DNA from: Chiloscyllium plagiosum
Lineage: Eukaryota
Length of the DNA: 64,000 nucleotides
Direction: 5' to 3'
Assembly (NCBI RefSeq): GCF_004010195.1
Contig: NC_057719.1
Span: 20,632,870-20,696,869 of the forward strand
The first letter of the stretch is position 1. Each line of letters opens with the position of its first letter. The notes beneath the pieces were generated by a model that was not told the DNA's origin, made no database searches, and was given only the letters and a program-made list of their open reading frames with translations. Shown piece after piece: positions 49,044-61,300 of the stretch. A program made the translations under genes and the position numbers.

Positions 49044-49294
49044 TGCATTAACATAATGGTACAGTAGGTACAAACTAGTTATTTTCCCTACTAGAGGTAG
49101 GGCATAATGGATGTTACCTTACACAGACAAATGGACACTCCTACACTGTTGTCTACAATAAGTGTCAGGCCACATAACTCACTGATGCTTACACATGTCC
49201 CACCTTTCGCCCTCTCTCATTTGAAACTGCTGTTTCCCAATATCCACTGTAGTCTAGCATTTTATAATTGTTCAAAGTAAGTTGATCAAGGAAT

Positions 49295-49600
49295 GATGGT
49301 AATATAGTCACAATGGCACTGGGCTAGTAATCCAGAACTGCAGACTAATGTTCTGATTCCTTGCATTCAAATCCCACCACGGTGGATATTGGAAGTGAAT
49401 TTGATAAAAAGCTTGTCTCATGGCCACCATGTAACCAGGATTGATTGCTGTAAGAACCGCTAGATTCAATGATGATTTTCAGCGAAGGAAATTTGTCATC
49501 CTTGCCAGTCTGGCTTCAGAGCAATGTGGTTGACTCTTGACAACTGGGGGTGGACAATAAATGCCCAGGCTGCAATTTGCACATGCCATAAACAAATATG
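49295..49600 (+). mobile_element. tRNA-headed SINE (second family)
   Basis: GGCACTGGGCTAGTAATCCAGA...TTCAAATCCCACCACGG head; GCAATGTGGTTGACTCTT; GGACAATAAATGC tail. Confidence 0.65.
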
Positions 49601-49959
49601 TGTGTACTTTTAAAAATCACTGACAGGGAAGCCTTCAAATGATTCAAAAGAGTGACCTTAATTTGAAAGCAACAAATGTGTACAGAAATCAAATAAATAA
49701 AAGCTGCACTTCTTTTCCAGGATATTAACTAACTGGGGGCATGTTAAGCAATGAGTATTTAGCAGTCACTAATTGATGACTGCTCCCAGCTCTCATCTGC
49801 TGAAACCCAGTGTCACTCAACTCCAATCCGCGATGGAGCTGCACTTTGTCAATTGAAATATGATGTTCCTACTACTCAATGTCCTCATTTTCCTTGGAAG
49901 ACTACTCCCATTCTGCCAGTTTCTCAGAGTCCATCACATTCCCTCTTTTCCTGCTCCAG

Positions 49960-50680
49960 CTGTGCTATGCACAGTGTGTTCAGATTATGTGGTGCAGTCT
50001 ATCCAGATATGATGCAAGACGGATCCAAGTAGTGGAGCCTTATCTTCAGAAGCCTATCATTTGCTTTGCCAGGGTCCTAGGTGAGGAATCAACTGATTTG
50101 TGCATTCACTCCATCGTCACAAGGTTGTGTAATGAAGTCACTGGCCGCGATGTCAGTGGATAGCTGTTGTTCATCAGTCTTGCAAGGTCTCTGGGTTCGC
50201 AAACACAACAGGAACACTAAAGTTCTCAAAGGTCTTGACAGCTCCCAGGTACTGGGGACAAACCTCTATGAAGTTGACCCCAGTGATCACAGATTACTTG
50301 CACACTGATAGAATGGAACGCTTTTCTATTGATGAACTGTGCTGGGATACAGCCCTATCAGCACAACAGTGTGTGCAGTTGGCAGTGCTCTGCTGGCGGG
50401 GAAAGCCAGTTATGTTGACGAATCCAACTCCCAGGCTGCAACACTGACCTTGCCATGGGAAATGAGATGAAGTGTGGTGACCAGGCATTAAATGGCATCG
50501 GACACAGTCTTGATGCATTTGTGAGTGGGTGGTTGAGAGGTCTCACATCGGGGCTCTCTGAAAGGAGCCTGTTGTGAAAAGCAATACAGCAGACATCTAG
50601 GATGGTCACCTACTGCCTCAGCCTACAGGTCCCACTCCAGCAACCAGCTTAGTTTATTCACAGTGGCCCAGGACAGCCTC
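49960..50680 (-). pseudogene. Second Harbinger (HARBI1-like) transposase relic
   Basis: Reverse strand with frameshifts: LFTTGSFQ, THKCIKTVSDA, GFVNITGFPRQQSTANCTH, QFINRKAFHSISVQVICDHW, GSCQD, SYPLTSRPVTSL, RTLAKQMIG.LKIRLHYLD. Confidence 0.8.
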
Positions 50681-51799
50681 AGTATGTACTGATACCCTAC
50701 ATCACTCAGCCGAACAACAACGACGAAAGACTCTGGCCCTCTTCTGTCTCCAATGCACTCTGAGGAACCTTTCTGCCATTACCTCTTCATGTGATGGAGG
50801 TTGCTCGGCTTCAGCTATAGGTCACTGCTGATCCAGGGCTTGTTGAAACATCTCTTAAACAATTTTTGGATACTGTTGCATGGGGATAGCCTCTCAGGGG
50901 AAAGCAACAGCAGCAGCCAGATCAGTGGCAACAGGGACGGTCAAAGTGTAGGTGAGCAATAGTGACAGGGGACTGTATAGTCACAAGTGCAGATAAGCAT
51001 TTCTATGGCTATGAGTGTAACTGTAGGATGGTGTGTTGCCTCCCCAGTGCCAAGATCAAGGATATCTCTGAGCAGGCACAAGATATTTTGAATGGGGAGC
51101 GTGAGCAGTAAAAGACTGGGGTACAAACAATATAGAGAGGAACAGATGTATGGTCCTGCAAGGGAATTTAGAGTTAGGTCAGAAGTTGAAAAGCAGGACC
51201 TTTGGTATGGTAATCTCAGAATTACTTCTTGCACCATGTGATAATACTTTTTTTGAATTCAGTCATGGGATATGGGTGTCGCTAACTGGACTAACATTTT
51301 ATTGCCCATCCCTAGTTGTCCAAATTTGACGCGGGGTGGCTGTTTGAGGGTAAAACAAAACATCTGACTTGTGGGAGTCTTTTAAAGGCCAAAGCCAATC
51401 AGAGTCCAGGACCAGCATGATCCTGTGAGGATGAAAACCAAGGATGGAAAGATTTGGGAACCCTGAATGACAAGATATATTAAACGTTTAGTCAAAAAGA
51501 AAATGTAAGGCTTAAGAAACTAGATACAATCTTATTCTCCACAATAACCTGGGAGGGATGTTTTTTTCTGAATGGAGATCTGTGACCAGTGGTGTTCCAC
51601 AAGGATATGTGTTGGGACTTTTGTTATTTGTATTATACATACATAAATATAAATGATCTGGATGAAACTGTAAGTAGTCTGATTAATAAGCTTGACATGA
51701 AAACTTGGATAGTGAGAAAGGTTGTCAAAGGATACAACAGGATATAGATCAATTGGATAATTGGTGGAGAAATAGCAGATAGAGTTTTATCCAGAAAAG

Positions 51800-52315
51800 T
51801 ATGAGTGTCTGTGAGAAAGTGTGTGTATGTGCACGTGTGTGTGAGTGTAAAGGGGTATAAGGCCGTGAGAGGGTGTGTATGTGGGTGTGTATGTGTGAGC
51901 GTACGAAAGAGAGTTTGTGTATGAGAGAGGGTATGGGTCTGTAGGAGTGTGTGCATGTTTGTGTGTGTGTGAGAGAGAGGGAGTGAGCATGTGTAGTGCT
52001 GTGGGGTCGCCTGTAATGTGACATGAACCCCAAGGTCCTGGTTGAGGTCCGGGACATTCAACCTCAGATATTCGGGTGGCCATCCTCCAAGGTGGACTTT
52101 GGGACAAGCAACAACGCAAAGTGGCCGAGCAGATGCTGATAGTCTAGGACCTTGGGTTCCTGTTGCACTACAAGTGAGTCTACTGCACTGCAACACACAC
52201 ACACACACACTCCAAAAGCTAGTACTTCCAAATAAACCTGTTGGACTCTCATGTGGTGTTGTGTGCTTTGTAACTTTGTACACCCCAGTCCAACACTGGC
52301 ACCTCCAAATCATGA
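51800..52315. mobile_element. PLE fragment (AGCT-hammerhead family) with TG/CA-rich tracts, inserted in CR1
   Basis: TG-rich tract 51800-51990; CA run 52192-52210; terminus AAAGCTAGTACTTCCAAATAAACCTGTTGGAC...CCAAATCATG shared with 5926-6343; degenerate flanking duplication TTATCC.GAAA. Confidence 0.65.
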
Positions 52316-52534
52316 TTATCCTGAAAGTGTGAAGGGATGCATTTTAGGAGGTCAAATGCAAGAGGAAAGTATACAGGAAATGGCAGGACCCTAAGGAGAA
52401 TTGATATTCAGAGGGATCTTGGGCCACATGTCCATAGCTCACTGAAGGTGGCAACACAAGTTGACAAAGTGGTGAAGAAAACATATGACATGCTTATCTT
52501 CATTGGTCCGGGCATTGAGTATAAAATTTGGAAG

Positions 52535-52962
52535 GAGAAAGTGAGGACTGCAGATGCTGGAGATCAGAGCTGAAAATGTGTTGCTGGAAAAGCGCAGCAG
52601 GTCAGGCAGCATCCAAGGAGCAGGAGAATCGACGTTTCGGGCATGAGCCCTTCTTCAGGAATGAGGAAAGTGTGCCAAGCAGGCTAAGATAAAAGGTAAG
52701 GGAGGAGGGATTTGGAGGAGGGGTGTTGGAAATGTGAAAGGTGGAAGGAGGTTAAGGTGAGGGTGATAGGCCAGAGTGGGGGGTGGAGAGGTCAGGAAGA
52801 AGATTGAAGGTTAGCAAGGCGGTGCTGAGTTTGTGGGTTGGGACTGAGACAAGGTGGGGGGAGGGGAAATGAGGAAACTGGAGAAATCTGAGTTCATCCC
52901 TTGTGGTTGGAGGGTTCCTAGATGAAAGATAAGGCGCTCTTCCTCCAGCCGTCATTTTCAGC
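52535..52962 (-). mobile_element. Young PLE 3' fragment inserted in CR1
   Basis: Full pLTR end at 52535; reverse strand RLEEERLIFHLGTLQPQGMN; perfect 15-bp TSD TATAAAATTTGGAAG at 52520-52534 and 52963-52977. Confidence 0.9.
52627..52662 (-). ncRNA. Minimal hammerhead ribozyme motif
   Basis: Reverse strand ATTC-CTGAAGA-A-GGGC-TCAT-GCCC-GAAAC-GTC-GATT. Confidence 0.72.
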
Positions 52963-53409
52963 TATAAAATTTGGAAGTTGTGTTGCAGCTACATAAAACT
53001 TTAGTTCAGCTAAATTTGGAGTATTGTGGGCAACTCTGGTCACCATACTATGGGAAGGATGTGGAGGCTTTGGAGAGGGTGCAAAGGAGGTTTTCCAGGA
53101 CGTTGTTTGGATTGGAGTGTATTAGCTATAAGGAAAGGTTGGACAAACATGGATTATCTTCACTCAAGCGTCGGAGAAGTAACTTGATGGAAGTATGTAT
53201 AAGTAAGAGAGGCATGGATGGAGTGGATAGTTGGAGTCATTGTTTTCCCAGGGTGGAAATGTCAAAAGCTTTGGGGCATAGGTTTAAGGTGAGAGGGGGG
53301 TTAGCTTAAAGGAGACATGCGAGGCAAATATTTTACACAGAGATTGGTAGGTGCCTGGGGAGAAATAGAAGCAGATAAGACAGCAATGTTTACGAAGCAT
53401 TTGGATAGA

Positions 53410-53725
53410 CTAGACTAGACTACATTACAGTATGGAAACAGGCCCTTCGGCCCAACAAGTCCACACCGACCCGCCGAAGCGCAACCCACCCATACCCCTA
53501 CATTTACCCCATTACCTAACACTACGGGCAATTTAGCATGGCCAATTCACCTGACTTGCACATCTTTGGACTGTGGGAGGAAACCGGAGCACCCGGAGGA
53601 AACCCACGCAGACACGGGAAGAACGTGCAAACTCCACACAGTCAGTCGCCTGAGTCGGGAATTGAACCCGGGTCTCTGGCGCTGCGAGGCAGCAGTGCTA
53701 ACCACTGTGCCACCGTGCCGCCCAC
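53410..53725 (-). mobile_element. Young HE1-type V-SINE inserted in CR1 3' end
   Basis: CpG-rich near-consensus copy; TSD TGGATAGA at 53402-53409 and 53726-53733; (AGACT)n tail. Confidence 0.92.
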
Positions 53726-56700
53726 TGGATAGATACATGAACAGGCCAGGAATAGAGGGATATAGACTATATGCAGGCAATCGGGATTAGTTTTAAATGG
53801 TGTCATGGTCAGCACATGTGTGGATGGCCAAAGGACCTATTTCTGTGCTGTATGGTTCTACTTTTTCCTTGTTTCTCTTCTCTCTCCCAGCACTGTCATT
53901 ATTGTTAGCAACTCCCGTGATCGCACCTGCTGTGGCTGAATCACATCCAATGATGCTTTTTGGGTACATGGGGAACTGAATAGGTTCTTAGCAGTGAGAA
54001 CAGTTAACAATTCCAGCCATTACAAATAATAGCTTAACATACTCCTCTGTGAGTGAAATATGAAGCATTCTGATATGGAGACCATGTCATTACTCTTCCT
54101 GGAACTTTGATATAGGACCCTATTTTGACGGTTCTTCCATCAGTCATTTAGCAAATGGGTAAGCAGTACAATCTAGCTGCTGAATGTGTAATGAAGCCTT
54201 TCCCTCCCAACCCCACCTCATCCACATAAGGCATCACTCCATGTAAAGGAGTCTTACATTATACTTACAGTTTAGATGGAGAAGAAATCATTTCCCCTAT
54301 GCACTCTTGTAGGTTTTGCATTAGCTGTGTGTGCTGTGGCCTGCAGTTACCACTATATTAGTTTGCCTGTGATTATTTCAGCTTCATAGCGATATCTTTC
54401 TGAAATGTTTTTATGACCTGCAATGATGCCCCATATACTTGTGCAATGCATGCATTTCCTCTGCATGATTGCAAATGTTGTGAGCCTGCGCAGTGTAAGG
54501 ACATGATTAGTGCAATGGCTCATTGAAGAGCCTCCTATGGTGTGGAAATGGAGTTTGCAATTGTGATCATCAAACTGACACTGCTTCTGCCCATTCTGGG
54601 TGTGGTCTCAGCCATTTTCCAATTGTAGGTCAATTTTAGCAATTTGCAGATCATGGAAGGAAACACAGGTCACAGTGAACGTTGTGCATTCCAGGCTCAT
54701 CCTGACTGTCAAGTCACTCCTTGTCTTTTTTTACTTAGTATTCCCTGGGTAGCCCCACCCCAACCACATTATACCCCACTCCAAGACTACCATCACCACA
54801 AATTGAGATTCCCTCCATCTTCCTTACCTCATGGGCACTGTCACTAGTGTGATGTTTGAAGATACCACAATGATACTGCACTGTACCTGCTGTTTGAGGC
54901 TTAAATTGTAATGACTGCATCTTTCCCTCCATCCTCGCATTCCCCGTATGCCACATCCTATTATACACTTCTGACTCCTCCACATATATCGAGCTAATCC
55001 CATTCACCACTCTTGACCCTTCCACATTCAAGGCTGTTGCAATCACTAACATTGATCCCTTCCAATTCCTTACACTGACTGTACACCCTGAGTTTCTCCC
55101 CTCACCTCCAATGCACATTGCACTGATGCCCAGGGCTGATCATGGTCTAATTCCTGGACTCTTATGAGATTGGCCTTGACCTTTACCACCCAAGTGGACA
55201 AATGCCTGTGCCCAAGTCTCTGGACTGTGAGCACACACTGTCCTTGTACCAGGAACACTCAGCATCCACCTCTACTTTGACTTGACTGAGGACTATTTCC
55301 TTTGATTGTGATACCATTTGATTGATGCAATTTTATTTTCCAAGCACAATGTAGGCCCATACTGTAGGTACAAAGTTCACATTGCGTTGTGTCACACGGC
55401 AAAATGTGCACCCTTCTATTGATGACTGCTGACAAGCTTCCGGGCTTTGTACCTGCACTAAACAGCTTGACAAGACAGAGGGACAGTGTGCCTTTAATCT
55501 CTGGCTGAGGGCCCAAGGTTCAGTAAGACAAAGCTTGACAAGTCAAGCCAGAGATGCTTTGAGTGAGCACTATGGTAGACACTAAGTGAGTACGTGATGA
55601 GAGAGCAAGTGAGCAGCCCTGAGATGCAGCCTGCTATGTGCACTGGGTATATGTTCCTGTGCATAATCTGTCTTACAGCAGCACTGAAAGAAGAGATGCT
55701 TGGGAGATCCAAAGTGTACCACTGAAATGTGGTAGCGTACTGTCAGTAGATTGGAGAATTTTAAGGTCACCTCTGGTACTTATACTTCTTCACAGAGATA
55801 TCTATGATAGTGAGTAACTCTTGCCACTCATTACTGAAGATTTTGATTCAATTGTCCTCTGTTGGACAATATGATTTGTTGCTCCTGATGTTGAGAAAGG
55901 CCTCATTGACTTGTTATAAAATTCATCCCGATTTCTCACCACAGCCATGTTGTTCAGGGCCTAGGAGGATTCTGCCCACTGTCTGTCTCTTGCCCAACTC
56001 AAATGCAATTATAACTACAACACTCAAGCATTTTCCCCTCACCTTCCATGGTACAGAGCAAGAATTGGGTGTCGGTTGTGGCTCTCTTTCTTTTCAGTAA
56101 GAGGCTATGGGTTCACTCTGTAGAATCTAAGGATCTTGTGATGGAATGGTTGAGTCTCTATCTCCAGGCCAGATGATCTGGGTTCAAGACCCATCTATTA
56201 AAGAGATATGTCCTAACAGGTTAATTAAAATAAATGACTTCAGAGTATTGTTAGTCTTTGTAATCAATGACTCCAGCAGAGACGTTGAAGAAACAGAGCA
56301 GTAGCAAGATAAGCAAGTTGTGCTTTGTATAAGCATATAAGTGTTAGATCTCTCACCAACTGAGATGAATACTGTAGTTGCCATGATTAATTGGTATAAT
56401 TAGTTTATAAAGGTGAGTCAACAAGGTTATCTGACTTCTTGATTTAAAGTGCACCAGAGGTCTCAAAATCAATGGAATGATGATCATTTTGCCTCACTGC
56501 TGGTTATTTATAGGCTTCCAGAACTTTAAATACTTAAGAAGCAAAACATTGCAGATATTGAATACCTGACATAAAAACAGGAAATGCTAGAAAACCTCTG
56601 CACCTGTGGAGTGACCTTATTCCAATAGCAACATTTGGATTTATATAACACCATAATGTAGTAAAGTATCTCATGGCATTTCTTGGGATCAAATACCAAA

Positions 56701-57124
56701 TATAAAAAAAAGTTGATCAAAGACTAGGACAAGCAGAGAGATGTATAGGTTTAGCAAATAAACTCCAAAGGTTGGCTAAAGGTGTGACCGCTGATGTAGC
56801 AGTGAATAAAATTGGGAGTTTGCACAACACCAGAATTAAAGGAGTACAGCTACCTCTGAAGGTCTTAGGTCTGTTGATGATAACAGATATGGAGAAGTTC
56901 GAGACTCTGGAGCAATTTGAAAATAAGGATGATAACTTCGAAATGGAGATGAATCATGAGACCAGAAATGATCTCTCCATACTTACTGCCTGCCTGACTG
57001 AGTGCTTCCCCTGGAAAAAAGCATGATTTTTGTTAGTGAATGTTGCACACCCTATTTGGGTGACGTGGCTATTGTAGATGAATAGCTGTCATTATGAAAA
57101 TCTGAATTTTCTTTCATGAGGGCT

Positions 57125-57430
57125 TTGACAGCTAGGCCAGCATTTATTGACCATCCCAGAGGGCAGTTAAGAGTCAAATCACATTGCTGTGGGTCTGGAA
57201 TCACATGTAGGTAAGACCAGGTAAGGATGGCAGTTTCCTTCGCTAAAAGGCATCAATGAACCAAATGGCCATCATTTCATGGTCATCATTAGACTCTTAA
57301 TTCCAGATTTTAATTGAATTCAAATTCCACCATTTGCCATGGCAGGATTCAAAGCTGGGTCCACAGAACATTATCTGGGTCTCTGAATTAACAGTCCAGT
57401 GATAATGCTACAAGGCCATTACCTCCTGAT
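57125..57430 (-). mobile_element. tRNA-headed SINE (second family)
   Basis: GGCCAGCATTTATTG...CACATTGCTGTGGGTCTGG...GAATTCAAATTCCACCATTTGCCATGG; reverse complement of the 18120/19375 copy. Confidence 0.75.
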
Positions 57431-58371
57431 TTATGTAAAGATTGATTTCAGGTAAGTGGGAGGATAAAATAAATTGAAAGGTAACTGAGGCTTACGGTCC
57501 ATTAATTAATTGTCTTTTCACACTGCTCTGAGATCATTGGGGCTACAATGGAATGCAGTTCTATCTTTCATTAATGTTTTCTGAGCATATGCCTAGATAG
57601 CATCTTGCTCTTCGAGAATAGATGTTCTCACTCCATATTAGCAGATGTCGTGCAAAATTTAAAAACATTGCTGCACACCTCCTCTCAAAATCAGGTGTCA
57701 TTGAACTTTACACTTCAAAACATTTTGAATACTCTCAGTGTCACAAATGGCTACAAAGCATTTTTTTCTTTAAGGATAACACCACGTGCTCATCATTCAT
57801 GATGTTGGTCTCCTGCACCCTCGGCAGCCTGTAAATCTGATGAGGACTGCTGACTGCATACAGAAATTATGACGCTATGGAGGTAATTGATTACCTGTCT
57901 GCATTAAAATGGATTGGCCTTGCTTAATCATGCATGATCACTTGTCCAATTCATGGTGTTATCCAAACCTGAGGGCTATTTTCCACTAAATGGGTAGATA
58001 ATGCACACTGGAGACTGTTCAACCTCTACAGGTCATGTTGCTGTTATCTTGTTTCTCATATAGCATCTACTTCAAGAATCTCACCAAGATGATATTCATA
58101 AAGAAGTATAACTTGTAAGTTGTAAAAAGAGCAATATATTTCTTATTTCCTATCGCAATGTATTCAGAATAATAACTAGCCCAGTAAGGACACACACAAT
58201 GGATTGGATGTTGGTTCTGACATGAAATATTTAAATGTCACCTTGTAAACAATCGCCAGTTTCTTCATTGTATCTTTCAATGAATAATGATTTCAATATT
58301 ATATTTAACATTTGAAGTGCAAACGGGTTGTTGTAGTGTCAGAAATGCTATCTTTTTGGTTGAGATATTGT

Positions 58372-61300
58372 TATCACCATTGGCAATCACTCTCTACTGA
58401 GTATGATTATATACACAGGAAATCCCATGTCACTGGTCATGGATTCTGTGGGTCCCTGTGTGGCTGATGAACCTAATCTTAGAGCCACATCTCTGACTAC
58501 ACATTTGACAGATGTTTCCAGGAAATGGAATTGGTCCCTGACCTTGAGATCACTGGTGTTCCTTTTTCCAGTTCCTTCTCGATACTCCCTCTTACCAATG
58601 GATGTTCTCAAAACAATTTCATCCATCATACCAAGCTTCCTCCAAGGTGTTGTCTTCTGGGTGAATGCTGCCCACACATTGACATCTATGTTGCATTTCC
58701 TTAGGCAAGTCTCCAAGGAATCTTTGAAAACCTTCCTTTATCCTTCTCTCATTTGAGTGCCTACCTTGACCTGTGCAAAGACTTCACTCATCGGAACTCA
58801 GGCATCTCAAGCACATGGCTGGACTAACAGAGTTGATTGGGATGATCATGACCTCAATACTGGTGCAGTTCATGCTTCAAGGGCACTGACGTTAATATGC
58901 ATGTCCTCCCAGCTGATGCAGAGAATCCATCTCAAATGGTATTGGTGGTATTTGACAAGGCTCTTGAGGTAGCATCTATACGTAGTCCAAATTTCAGAGC
59001 CTTATAGAAGAATCAAAAAGATAACAGCCAGAGACATAAGGATCTTGGTATTAGCACAGATGTCACGGTCATTGATGGCTGTCATACCTAAGCATTTGAA
59101 GGTGGCACTCACAGAATGCATGCGATGTTGAATCAATGTCAGCCTTAGATAAGAGATCAATTCTCAGGTAGGGTAATTGTTCCACAGTTAGGAGTATTCT
59201 CCATTGATCTTAAAGGAAGGAGGGACTGGAACCTGGCCTGGGGAAGGTTGGTTAAGAATTTGAGTCTTCTTGAAGTTGAGCTGAGATAAATTCTTCAGTA
59301 TGCTTCCACACAGATGGTAAGTGTGGCTTGGAGATTCACTTCTGCGATGCCATCAATGACATTGACATCCACATCCTGAGGTCCCACAGGCAAGGTCAGT
59401 CTGGTTCTTTTTGGATCTTAACCGATTGAGGTTTAGAAGCTTTCAGTCCATTCTGTAGACAATGTCCGCAACCATTGGGAAGCTTGTTCTTGACAAAATG
59501 ATGAATGGTGGTGATGATGATGGAGAACAAGGTGAGAGAGATGACATATCCTCTTTTTGACCTCAAAGGATCCATATTACTGTTAATTGCTCACTTTGAC
59601 AGGGTATTCCACAACACTAACTCATTGACTCAGTCAAAAGCCTTGGTCAGATCAACAAAGGTCAGACAGAGTGGTTGGTGTTGTTCCTGACATTTCTCTT
59701 GGGGATCCCACTCAGTGAAACTCATGCCCACAGTTCCATTGTTTTTATCAGAAGCCACACTGGCTTTCAGGAAAGATTCCCTCTTTGATGAGGAGAAGGT
59801 GCCCAGCGAGGCAAAGGTCTTCCAAGTGATGGAGAATAGGGGCATTCCTCAATATTGCCACAGTGTACTTTGTCACCTTTCTTGAAGATGGTGGCAATGG
59901 AACTATTCCTGAGATCGAAAGGAATTTCTTCTTTGTCTCAGATTTTCAGGAACAGTTGATGGAGATTACACATAAATTCTGTTCTTCCAAGTATGAAAAT
60001 ATCCATTGGAATTCCACCTACTCTTGTGGCTTTTCCATTTGCATATATCTAATGGAGGCTTCAACTTCTGCTACACTGGTGAGAGTCCAAGATCATCTTT
60101 GATGGGGAGTTAGGGGATTCCTCGAATATGTCTTTGTCAATGATTGTATAGCAGTTTAAGAGCTATTTGAAATGTATGCACCATCAGAGGCTGATGTCTT
60201 CTCTATCTCTCAAAAGGATCGATCCTTACTCCTCACTGGTTTAAGGCCAAGTGTTTTATATCCATATATTTCCTTGACATCACTGAATGAATTCCTGGTG
60301 TCTTGCTTGTTAGCAAAGATTTGCAGGTCGAAAGCTTTCCTGATCAACTAATGATTCTTGATTTCCTTCATTCTTCTTTGTAACTTTGTGGTTGGATGAT
60401 TCTCCTCTACGCCTCACTGCTGTTGTTGTTTTGCTAGGCATGCAGAGCATTCCTCTTCTTTTCAGTGACGCCTTGTATGATGTGATCATTCTCATCAAAT
60501 CAGTCTTGATGCATCCTGGTCTGGCAGTCAATGGTTTCTTCACACTGTGAGATGGTGGCTGCCTTCAGCTGTTTCCAGATATCATCCACCCTACTAAAAT
60601 GAACTCTTTGGAGATTTTGGTGAAAATAATGTTGAAAGTTCACTAGTCCATGTGGCTCTTGTAACCACTGAATGTTGAGATTTTTCTTTGTCTTCGGTTG
60701 CTTCTGGCGGAATTTGATAGACATTGAGGAGTGGATGAGCCAGTGGTCTGTCCACCTGTACCAGTCATCGCTTTGGTCATGAGGACATCCATTTGGTCCT
60801 AGGATTGAACAATATGTAGCCAATGTTATGTCAGTGTTTTGATTGTGGATGCCTCCAAGAAATCTTAAATTTGCCTTTTTGGTACAGTAGTCTGTTGGTG
60901 AAGACTAGCTGGAGTTCTGTATGTTTGGTGAGCAGCAGAATCGCATTAGAGTTGCAATTCCTGACTCTTCCTTTCTATTGGTTCCTTTCCACAGATCGGC
61001 ATCCTTTCCAACCCAAGCATTAAACTCTCCAAGAAGGATAATTTTATCTTCCTTCGGGATATTGATCAGTATGGTGTCCAGGGTGGAGGAAAAACCATAT
61101 ATGGCATTAAGGGTTAGGGTATAGGCATTCTTGACCTTTGCCTGTTGGTCCTTGGTAAATTGTAGATGGAGAGTTATGAAGCAATCTTTCATGCCAAAAG
61201 GGAGCTCCACGAGTCAGTTAATGGATTTGTTCTGGATAATTAATCTAATCCCAAGTGGGTTCATCCTTGGGGTTTCCTCTCGGAAGAAGGTGTAATCCCC

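Larger units (their letters stand above)
50870..53860 (+). mobile_element. Composite CR1 LINE (ORF1 remnant to 3' end) with three nested insertions
   Basis: MVCCLPSAKIKDIS (ORF1), [36 protein letters not shown]; interrupted at ~51800, 52535 and 53410. Confidence 0.8.

Noticed and set aside
16531..49073. Long ORFs containing X runs (16531, 16667, 31580, 31660, 39941, 48506-48520)
   Set aside because: Artefacts of reading through N gaps
42820..50680. Host HARBI1 gene
   Set aside because: Both copies have stops and frameshifts, and the first also has nested insertions; they are transposon fossils
57837..57870. CTGATGAG...GAAA hammerhead-like words in unique sequence
   Set aside because: No G-C closing pair for stem II and no stem III/NUH arrangement
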